A stretch of 54,932 bases of DNA from Paraspadella gotoi (Eukaryota; Animalia; Chaetognatha), in contig JBJCIZ010000927.1 in assembly GCA_051294375.1 (NCBI GenBank), forward strand, positions 1 through 54,932, read 5' to 3'. Made by a program: the position numbers and the translations under genes. A model generated the notes under the pieces. It was not told where the DNA came from. It worked only from the letters and a program-made list of their open reading frames with translations, and made no database searches. Shown here one piece after another: positions 39,630 through 50,600 of this stretch (positions are counted from its first letter, which is position 1; each line of letters starts with the position of its first letter).

Positions 39630-39830
39630 TGAAAAAAGGATGTAAGTTGAAAAATTATGCAAGTTAAAAATATAATGCAAATTGAAAAAATGATACAAGT
39701 TTAAAAAATGATACAAGTTTAAAAAATGATGCAAGTTGAAAAATAATGCAAGTTGAAAAAATGATAGAAGTTGAAAAAATGATGTAAATAGAAAAAAATG
39801 CTGCAAGTTAAAAAATGATGCAAATTAAAT
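39630..39830. repeat. 18-19 bp minisatellite (AAAAAATGATGCAAGTTG-like)
   Basis: About 10 diverged tandem units. Confidence 0.85.
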
Positions 39831-39938
39831 CCAATCAACAAATGCTTTTCTTTTTTAATTTATTTCTTGAATATCTTTTTATTCACTTTCATATTTACTT
39901 TCTTTCCATTTCCTTTGCATTTTGTCCCTAGTCCTTAC

Positions 39939-40138
39939 CACTTCCCTTTTTGCACGCGATGCAGGTTGTCAATTCGTCGTTGGCGTATTTCTCGCAAGTT
40001 TCTTTCAAGTGACAACAATAGCCCCACTTGTTCTCCTTTTCCTTCGTCCAGCACCAGCTGTATTTCTCTCCATTGTAGGAGCACAAAGATCCAGCTTCGC
40101 AGGGAATTCCGCTCAGGGTTGAAGAATGACCCGACGCT
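39939..40138 (-). CDS. Exon 2 of the Cys/Trp-module membrane protein
   Basis: cag| ... G|gtaagg; TLSGIPCEAGSLCSYNGEKYSWCWTKEKENKWGYCC resembles the module in the last exon; phases 2 and 1 fit both neighbours. Confidence 0.8.
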
Positions 40139-40185
40139 CTGGACGTATCAATGGAGAGGGTAATGTGTCAGTAGAGAGTAGGGAG

Positions 40186-40224
<39 letters not shown>

Positions 40225-40241
40225 CGCTCTCTCTCTCTCAC

Positions 40242-40297
40242 CTTGAGGCGAAAATTGTAATTGCAGCAATAGATACGAAAATCGAAAATGCAACCAT
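40242..40297 (-). CDS. Exon 1 (signal peptide) of the Cys/Trp-module membrane protein
   Basis: aaaaATG MVAFSIFVSIAAITIFAS AG|gtgaga; phase 2 fits exon 2. Confidence 0.75.
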
Positions 40298-40760
40298 TTT
40301 TTATCCGGTGTAATTATAATGAATATTGAATAATCATCCACAATATCTACTTTTCGTGCTGCGTCAAAAGTAAGTCACAAGGATGCGAGCAAAAATCGTG
40401 GCTATCTAATTGGCCAAATGCAGAGTCAAACTCGATAGATTTGCTTTCTGATTGGCTAAACTCTTTATTATCGAACAGGTTCCTTAATTCCACTTTCCAA
40501 CGAAGTGCGTATAAAGGTGCCATATAATGGTATATTAAAGTAGTATATTAATTTATTTTATATTGTACAAAGAAGTTAAAACGATAATCATCGCAAATTT
40601 GGATGTTACGGTAATAAAGTATTCCATACTTTTTATTGGCGTATATTGTTTTTATTAAATTAAATGACACTTCGCAAATATAAGCATATTAATATTTCTT
40701 TAAAGGGAAAATCTCATTTTTGACATGAATATCGTTAGATGGGCTTTTGTTTCCCTCGCT
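40298..40760. promoter_or_regulatory. Putative bidirectional promoter
   Basis: Lies between divergent genes; CCAAT boxes (ATTGG) at 40409 and 40451; TATAAAG at 40510. Confidence 0.45.
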
Positions 40761-41695
40761 GAATCAGCGACACTCGTCCCTCTATCGGCGTTCGAAGATC
40801 TTCGAGCAGAAGAGAAGAGAATAACCATTCCTTTTTGATTCGCTCGAAATTCTGCTGGGTGAGTCAGGACAAAAACGACGACGACGACGACGACGACGAC
40901 GTCGTTGGAATCAGACACTCCTCGGAACATTTTTCATTTTCTCATCTCAATTCTCGTCTCAATTTCAAATCTCCTCGTTTTTCATTCGAATTTGATTTCG
41001 ATTCATAATTCAAGTTTCGTTTCGGTTCATGAATTACGATTCAGGAAAAGAGATTCCCCCGGACCGAATAATTGAATCTCGTGAAACGCGTTTTTCTGAT
41101 TTTTTTAAAATTAAATATTTTCTTTTGGGACAACGTCAGTTCTCTCTCTCTCTCTCTTCTCTCTCACTGCGCTCTCTCCCTCTCTCTCCTCTCTCAGTCG
41201 TGCTCTCTCTCTCTCTCTGACATTTACAAATCTATTTTTCTATCAACAATTCTTTCACTTTATAAGATCTCAAAATATCTTGATTCTCGAAACTCGTCAT
41301 ACTCCATCTTATTCTCTCAATTTCAGTCAAAGCTGTCGTCATTCTCGTCATTTAGTTTTCTACCCGGATATTTATATCATTTATGTTCTCCATCAAATTT
41401 TTATTCTTTCAGAATTACAGGGACTTTTTCGACACAATAACTTACCTCAAGCTGAAATCGCACCCGACAAACGACCTACAGTTCTCCCTTACCCGAGGAC
41501 GGGTCGGAACCCACTCGAGCCATGAAATTCCAAAGATGTCAAGGCAGAGACGCCAACCGTGATATCGTCGACGATCGATACTTCGAGTGTGACCTTGACT
41601 TTGACCTTGACCTCGGTGAACTCGGACCCGCGAGAAACTGGTTCCAGACGTCCCTCTTGACTTCATTAGACTGAGAAGCGTTTTGTTTCGCCAAG

Positions 41696-44600
41696 AGTAA
41701 GTTTTATTTTATTCTATATCTAACAGAATTTTAAGACTGAAATAAAAACCCCATTAGTTAATAGAATCAATTGGATTTAGTACATCGAAGGGAATCCTGC
41801 CATTCACATTAGGCTGAAAGAGACGACATCCTTTCAAATTAAAACGAAAACAACAAAAAATAACAACGACAACAAAAGCAACATCACTTCACATCGTTTT
41901 TCAATTAAAAAAGAAAGGGATGGTTTTTTTATTAGGTCTTCGCGAGTCAGAGAAAGAGTAAAAGTAAGAGAGAGGGAGAAAGAGAGAGAGAGATAGAGAG
42001 AGTATGAGTGCGCGCGAAAATAAGTTTTAAAGCTTTAAAAAGCGACCCGGTTCTTTTGTTGGTTGTATCAAATTCCATGCTTCCTACTCATTCTCCCCCT
42101 AATTCCGATTCATGCCTTACCCCCTTTCCTTCTCCATCCCAGTGCCTCCCGCGAGTAAGTCTCCGCCGCTGGCGTTGGAGTTCGACGCGGCGAACGCGAC
42201 TTACCTGCCCGGCGACCGCGTCACCGGCCGCGTCGTCTTCGAGCTCAAGAAGCCGCTCAAGATCCGCGGCGTCCGCATCTATCTTAAAGGAGAGGCCGTC
42301 GCCGGGTGGGGCGCCGATCAGATGGAGTGCGTCTCCAAGCAGGTTGTGGTTCATTTTGTGATCAACGCAGACAACATTTGAGTGGAGAAAGATGAGTGCT
42401 GATTGGACATAATGAGTCTCCAATCAGTTTAGTACAAGATGTTTTTTTATGGATGGATATAGGTAACGTAAACTTCTATCACTGTCGTAATTGTGGCTTT
42501 TTTTTTGCAGGTTTATTTTAGTTGGTTGTCTTCTAGAAATCGTCCTTTTTTGTTCCTTTTTATCTTTTTGTCCTTAATTTTGGTCAAAAAGGACGTCAAA
42601 AGAGCTTACCGCTCTCGTTTTTTTTAAGCGACTTGACTTGACTTGAAAGGCATTGACAGTCGTCATCATCTTCATCGTCATTGTTCTGCAGTTCTATCTT
42701 GATCGATAAATCCGTTTTTTCCTTTCGACACTTGTCATCGTCTTTGTTGTTGTTGTTGTTCTGCACAGAGTTCTATCTTGATCGATAAATCCGTTTTTTC
42801 CTTTCGACACTTGTCATCGTCTTTGTCGTCGTTGTTGTTCTGCACAGAGTTCTATCTTGATCGATAAATCCGTTTTTTTCTTTTTGACAGTCGTCATCAT
42901 CTTCATCGTCATTGTTCTGCAGTTCTATCTTGATCGATAAATCCGTTTTTTCCTTTCGACACTTGTCATCGTCTTTGTCGTCGTTGTTGTTCTGCACAGA
43001 GTTCTATCTTGATCGATAAATCCGTTTTTTCCTTTCGACACTTGTCATCATCTTTGTCATCGTTGTTGTTCTGCACAGTTCTATCTTGATCGATAAATCC
43101 ATTTTTTTCTTTTTCACAGTCATCATCTTCATCGTCATTGTTCTGCAGTTCTATCTTGATTGATAAATCCGTTTTTTCCTTTCGACACTTGTCATTGTCT
43201 TTGTCGTCGTTGTTGTTCTGCACAGAGTTCTATCTTGATCGATAAATCCATTTTTTTCTTTTTGACAGTCATCATCTTCATCGTCATTGTTCTGCAGTTC
43301 TATCTTGATCGATAAATCCGTTTTTTCCTTTCGACACTTGTCATTGTCTTTGTCGTCGTTGTTGTTCTGCACAGAGTTCTATCTTGATCGATAAATCCGT
43401 TTTTTCCTTTCGACACTTGTCATCGTCTTTGTCGTCGTTGTTGTTCTGCACAGAGTTCTATCTTGATCGATAAATCCGTTTTTTCTTTTCGACAAAAATC
43501 GATGAGCGGGAGATAAGACTGACAGTTCTTGATGAGCAGAGAGAACAACAACAATAACAAAAAACCAAGACTAATAGAACACACAGCGATTGACGAAAAG
43601 AGAATTTAAAAATAATCATTATTAATTATTTTTCTCGTTAATTTTCCCTCCTTCCACGTGGATCATCTTGCTTTTTCGTCCGAGGCCAGGGTACCGAAAT
43701 TAAGTCTGTTCCTTGAGCTAAGATTATATGTACACATGATATAATATAACATATAACATAATATGTGTACATGAAAAAATGGCCAAAATCCTTGGCCTTG
43801 TGCAAATAATCAATGTTTTTTTTTATGAAATTGGTACAACCAATATAAAAATTATTCATTCATTTAATAAATAAGCTATCAAGATAATGACATAGCAGGT
43901 CCCTGCAAGCTTTCAATCAAGACTCTCTCACAGTCTCGTTTATTCACTCCCATATAATATCAGCTTTTTTTGTCATTGTCGCTGGTTTTGTCAGAATATT
44001 CATACTTCGGACGATTTCTTAATAATCTACTAGTATTATTTATTATAATATAACGTAATAATATATATATATATATATATGATTGAATGCTTGCAGGGAC
44101 CTGCTATGTCATTATCTTGTAAGAGTGATGGAGGCCTTAAACCACCAAAGCCTGTCCAAAGTCAGGGGCAAGATAGCTTATTTATTAAATGAATGGATAA
44201 TTTTTATATTGGTTGTACCAATTTCATAAAATTCAGCTCCTTGTATTTTGATGCAAGTGCGGAGTACAATAAGTATTCCCCGATCTAATACTTAAGGGAG
44301 TGGTCTTTTCATACAATTGAAACATTCTTTGAAATATTTTCCACTTCATTGATAGGGAAGCCAGGTATTATGGGAGTGAATAAACAAGACTGTGAGAGAG
44401 TCTTGATTGAAAACTTGCAGGGACCTGCTATGTCATTATCTTGTAAGAGTGATGGAGGCCTTAAACCACCAGAGCCTGTCCAAAGTCAGGGGCAAGATAG
44501 CTTATTTATTAAATGAATGGATATTTTTTATATTGGTTGTACCAATTTCATAATATAATATAATGTGTACAAGATAAGCTTTTTTAAAGAAGCTTAAATC

Positions 44601-47600
44601 TTTACATTTCTATTTATACCTTGCTTCCCTTATATCCCATCTCCAACTCCCTTCTCTTCCCCTTCTTGATCTCCTTCCTTCAACACCCCTACCTCCCTCA
44701 CTCCACCTCTTCCACACCCAGCTCTACTTCGACGTCGTCATCACGGTCTTCGGCAACGCGGAGGGCGCCATCCTCAACAACCCCACCCTCTCCGCGGGTC
44801 CGCACTCTTACGCTTTCTCCTTCCGACTCCCGGCGGAGCTGCCGCAGTCGGTGGAGGCGGCGCGGTTCGGCGGCGCTCCCGGCGTCGTCGGCTTCGTTCG
44901 CTACTCGGCGAAGGCGCGCATCGATGTCCCCTTCGGAAATGACAAGGACTCCGAGTGGAGAGTCTTCAGAGTGGAATCCACCTTCGATGTTAATCGAGCC
45001 GCCGGTCAGAGGGGCTGGGGGGAATTCAAGGGGGGTTAGGACTGAAATGGGGTGATGTATGACGGACACCGTTCCTTGGACGAGATGAACCGGTGGGAAG
45101 CTAATAGAGAGAGGGTTAACATGATTTTTTTTATGTTTAAAGTAAATTATGATCAAGAATGGTTGAATGAAAATATAAAAAAATGGAATGATTGAAAAAA
45201 GATTATCATTTTAAACATACAACTTTTTTAAACGTTTGAACAATTGAACGAATTGAAAAACGTAAAAAGTTAATCAATTAATTCAAATCGATCGATTTTT
45301 CATTTTCAATTTTTTAAGACATTAATAAAAAGAATTTTGAAAGGCCGATTAATTTTGCGCGCCAAATTGAATTAACGCAAAAGAGCATTGGCAAATTTAT
45401 CTTATCTAATTGATTTATAAAATTAAAGACTTTCAAATCTTGTTTATCTCGACCCAGTTTTAGTTTTTACCTTCTTTAATAATACTTTTTAATCCGATTA
45501 AATATGAACGAGTTTTTTTTTTCCGCCGTAGACGCGGGTCGACCTTCGTCCACGGATCACCAAGAGGTCCTCACTGGTTGTTGTTGTTCTTCGGGTAAAT
45601 TAAATTGATCAATCGGTCAAACAATCAAACATTATGTAATAAATTAAGTCAACCTATCATTCAATAAATAAATCTAATAAATAAATAAATTAATAAATAC
45701 ATGTAAAAAATTATTTAAATTCATTAAGTAAAAAACAAGTTTGAGCAAACAATGGCAGATCTGCCTACGATAATTAAGCGGTAAAAAGCTAATCCAATTA
45801 TGGTAATTATGGTAATAAGCTAATCTAATTATGGTAATTTTTCTGACTTTCAATTTGTGATTATAACAAATCATAACAGACTTCTTAATAAATCTATGAA
45901 AAAATATATAAATCAATTGATCTATCAATCATTACCAGTAGATCTAGGCGGGGTGAACCTAGGCAATGCCCGACTACAGATCTGCCAATACCAACTGGAA
46001 TAATTTGGTCAACTGACATAATTTAATCAACTTGTATAATTAAATCAAGTGGCATAATTTGGTCAATTCACATAATTTGGTCAATTCACATAATTTGGTC
46101 AACAGGCATAATTTGGTCAATTGGTATAATATGGTCAAGCGATGTAATTTGGTCAAGTGATGTATTTTGGTCAACTGGCATAATTTGGTCAACTTGCATA
46201 ATTTAATCAACTAGCATTATTTGGTCAACTGGGATAATATGGTCAACTGACATAATATGGTCAACTGACATAATATGGTCAACTTGCATAATTTGATCAG
46301 CAGGCATAATTTTGTCAACTGGCATAATTTGGTTAACTGGCATAATTTTTTCTACTTGTATAATTTGGTCAACTTGCAAAATGTGGTCAACTGGCATAAT
46401 TTGATCAACTGGGATAATTTGGTCAACTGGCATAATTTGGTCAACTTGTATAATTTGGTAAATTGTTGTAATTTGGTCAACTGGCATATTTTGGTCAACT
46501 GATATAATTTGCTCAACTGCATAATTTGGTTAACCGGCATAATTTGGTCAATCAATCAATCAATCAGAGAGAGAGAGAAACTTTTAAAAATTGACATAAA
46601 TGTGTCTTTTGGTTTTCTGTTTTAAACTCTTTTCCACTTCTCCGATTCCATGAAATTGGTACAACCAATATAAAAATTATCCATTCATCTAGTAAATAAG
46701 CTATCTTGCCCCTGACTTTGGACAGGCTTTGGTGGTTTAAGGCCTCCATCACTCTTACAAGATAATGACATAGCAGGTCCCTGCAAGCTTTCAATCAAGA
46801 CTCTCTCACAGTCTTGTTTATTCACTTCCAGAGTACCTGGCTTCCCTATCAATGAAGTGGAAAATACTTCAAAGAATGTTTCAATTGTATGAAAAGACCA
46901 CTCCCTTAAGTATTAGATCGGGGAATACTTATTGTACTCCACACTAGCATCAAAATACAAGGAGCTGAATTTTATGAAATTGGTACAACCAATATAAAAA
47001 TTATCCATTCATTTAATAAATAAGCTATCTTGCCCCTGACTTTGGACAGGCTTTGGTGGTTTAAGGCCTCCATCACTCTTACAAGATAATGACATGTAGC
47101 AGGTCCCTGCAAGCTTTCAATCAAGACTCTCTCTTAATCTTAATTTTAATCTTAATATCATGGTTTCCTACCCACGCACAAAATTTCATTTCAATTTTTC
47201 TATCCAATTTTTAATCAATATAATAATTATGAGTAAATATTAAAAATGCTTCAAAGTAAATATGACTTTTGTTTTTTTCATTTAAACTCATTTCCACTCG
47301 CACTATCATTAATAAATAAATAAAATGTTTGATTTTAGGTCTTTTTGTCACTAACCACGACAAAAGCGACGACGACGACGATGATGGCGACGACGACAAT
47401 AATGCCGATAACAATTGACTTGATTGATTGATGGAATAAATAATTAATTGATAAATAAATTGATTGATTGAATAATTAATTAATAGATAAATAATTGATT
47501 GATTTAATAATTAATTGATTAATTAACTGATTTATTATTTGATTAATTAATACATCTTGCATTTACATTTAATATAAAAAGAAAAAGAAGCATAATCAAT

Positions 47601-50600
47601 TTGTGAAACAGGTTTTTTTGTTTTTTCCATTTAAACTCATTTCCACTCAGACGATTCCATCGAAACTTGGTTTCCAACTTTCGTACCCACATACCATATC
47701 GTCCCATCCACTCATAAGTAATTGGCGTTCAAATAGTGAAATATATTTTTTTGTTTTTTCCATTTAAACTCTTTTCCACTTGCACGATTCCATCGAAACT
47801 TCATATCTAGCTCAATCACACACTTCCCTACCCACACCCAAAATTTCTTTCCAATCCATCCATCCAATTACGAGTAATTGGAGTTTTTAGCTAAGGCAGG
47901 ACGGACGGACGGACGGACACATTCAGACAGACAGACATTCAGACGGCCGGACGGACATCGGTTCTTTGCATAATTTATCATAATTCGATATTCTGACATG
48001 ATATATGTGGTTGCCCAACAATATTGAGGGGGCGGACCGACGGACCGACAAAGTGAATTATAGAGTCGGGATCTGCTTATAAGCAGATCCGACTAAAAAA
48101 ATAAATTAGTAGATAAACAGATTAATCCACAAATCTATCAATAAATCAATCATTCAAAACCAATCGATTCCCCATCTCATCCAACCCAGGCGTGATCGAG
48201 GCGGGCCTCGGACTTGACTTGACTTAACAGGCGTTCGTCCTACGAGGGACTGCCTCACTCTTTATGCTGTTGTCGCATGTGCCTACCTCGATTGGATCTA
48301 TCGAGCTCGAGTCCACAAATTTCACACTTTACTCTCACACTCTTAAAGACTCTAGCTGTCTCATGTTCGTGCTCAGTTAACATATGCTGAGACTCCTCGC
48401 ACGTTTTCCTATGCCTACTGATATAGTGAGGGCTAAATTCTTTTCCACAAATACATTTCCTTTTTGACGAGTCCTTGGCTCTACCACCACAAATTTTGTT
48501 ATGATTCATCAGGTTAGCCTCGTATTGAAAAGACTCATCGCACTTAGTACAAACAAAAAAACTTTTTATGGCAAGATACTTCGTGCTTTCGCTTCCTATG
48601 CGTTGCTAATCCCGCCCTGGACTTGCATTCCTTGTTGCAGTATGACCATACCAAAGTCTCCACCTTTCTTTCGACATTCCTAACTAAATCCTCCTGTCCA
48701 TTTGTGTCCTAAATTTTTCTCCCATTCCCATGACCCATAAGTGACCCATTTGCTCTTTCATGTGGATTCTCTAAATTTTACGGTCTTTTGTTAGTTCTCC
48801 AATTTCGCATATGTCTATCCAGCTTCTCGCAGTAACTTTCTCCAGTAATGGTTAGTCCGCCTGTTTCTTCAACCCTTATGTTCCCATTTTTCTAATTCAT
48901 TCATCCACTCAAGAATCACAGCTTTTGCCATTCTATCATCTTTCATACGCATTACATGGCCTATCCTCTCAAGCACTCGTTTTTCGATTTTCCATCTAAG
49001 CCTTTTTATTCTTAAGTAGGATCTAACAACCTGCATGTTGCGACCTTCCTCTTGCATTTGGATCAAAGGCGGTTTATTTCCCTTCCTCCACACATACCTG
49101 TATATATAATAAATCAATAGATAATAAATCTATAATAAACCAATCGATTCCTCATCTCATCCAACCCAGGCGTGATCGAGGCGGGCCTCGGAGTTCTCGA
49201 GCGGCGCGCATTCGTCCCCGGTGACGAAATCAAAGTCGTGGCTCAAGTCGCCAACTCCAACATCAGCAAAATAAAATTCTGCCATCTGCAATTGGTAAGA
49301 GAGCCCAGTTAATGAGAGCCGAGGGGCCCAATTGTAAATGGCTTGATTGGTAAGGATTATTTGACCAGCTGGCTGGATGGTGATTTGTAGAACTTGTACG
49401 TCTTTGTAGAACTTGTACGTCTTTCTACCATTGGTAAGGAGAGCAAACAGTTAAGGGCGCAGTTGCTTTAAGTGCAAAAGTCGGATATCCGGGAAGTGAA
49501 TTTCAATTTTATTAAAGCAAAATTTGTCGTGATTAATGGTATATTCAAAGAATTATCAATCAAGATTTAATCGACTAATGTTTTCCCCCATTTTCCGGAC
49601 CTGTAGTTTATATAAATTCCAGGGGAACATCACGACTTTTCAATTTTTCTTTCGTCTTTACAGGTTCGAACGATGACGGTCTACGCCAAAAACTCCAAAG
49701 GAAAAACAGAATCTCGACAGGTAATCACGTGATGTCCGAAGCTCTCCTCATAATTTTCCCCATTACTTTCTCCATCACATATCTGATCAGTAGAGTGATG
49801 TAAAAATGTTAAAGTTTTCGAAAATTAAAATTTAGCTTATAGAATATAAAATCAAAAACTTATAAATATATTTTGGGAAATTTATTTTTTAATTTTAATA
49901 GCTTAATTTAATAGCTAAAATTTCAAAATGCAAATTTTGTAATTTTAAGATCGGATTTACATTCATTGCAAAAAGTTGATATAAGAAAGTATAATTCTTT
50001 TTTGAAAATTATTTTATTATGTTGGTCAAAAATGTAAAAAATTATATTTAAGATACCGATTTTTAATTTCCAGCTTAAAAATAGTTTTTTTTAAATTTTA
50101 ACCTACTTAATGAAATAATTTTAGAAAAAGATTTATATTTTCTTTATCAACTTTTAACGAGGAATCTGAATCAGTTTTCAAAATTTAAAAAAAAATATTT
50201 TGAAATTTTAACATTATATAAGGGTAGTGTGGCGGTATATTCACACCGCCTCACGTTCGTCATCCTTCAGCCAAATCCATTGGCTCAGAGGGGGAACACA
50301 CCATCCCAACGTGGATGGTGTGTTCCCCTCTGAGCAATGGATTTGGCTGAAGGATGACGAACGTGAGGCGGTGTGAATATACCGCCACAGTAGTACTATA
50401 TATAAAATAAGCTGACTGGGCTATTATATTTGTAAAAAAAACAAACTTTATATTAATATTCACTAATATAATAGTTTTCAAGATATAACTGCAAAACTTT
50501 GATTCCAAACTTTCACTTCACCCTACTGAGTACTGATCAGTGATCACCCTCTCATCACTTTCCCCATCACAGTCTGACCAAGTGATGATTGACCAGCGCC

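Larger units (their letters stand above)
45734..48099 (+). mobile_element. Helentron/HINE-like repeat, copy B, holding an 18-bp satellite and a nested 323-bp repeat
   Basis: Same 5' end as 38467 and 54902; 3' palindrome AGTCGGGATCTGCTTATAAGCAGATCCGACT (48064-48094) followed by an A run. Confidence 0.65.

Noticed and set aside
42656-43494. CRISPR-like array, or hammerhead array (GATGAC...GTCGAAA on minus)
   Set aside because: Intervening parts are repeated rather than unique spacers, no cas genes, eukaryotic intron; CUGANGA core absent
44113-44180. Canonical twister or pistol ribozyme in the 323-bp repeat
   Set aside because: The twister P2 3' strand and the pistol pseudoknot partner are missing; kept only as an unclassified candidate structure
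46203-46487. MPVDQI hexapeptide-repeat ORF
   Set aside because: Translation of an 18-bp satellite inside an intronic repeat; no splice or promoter support
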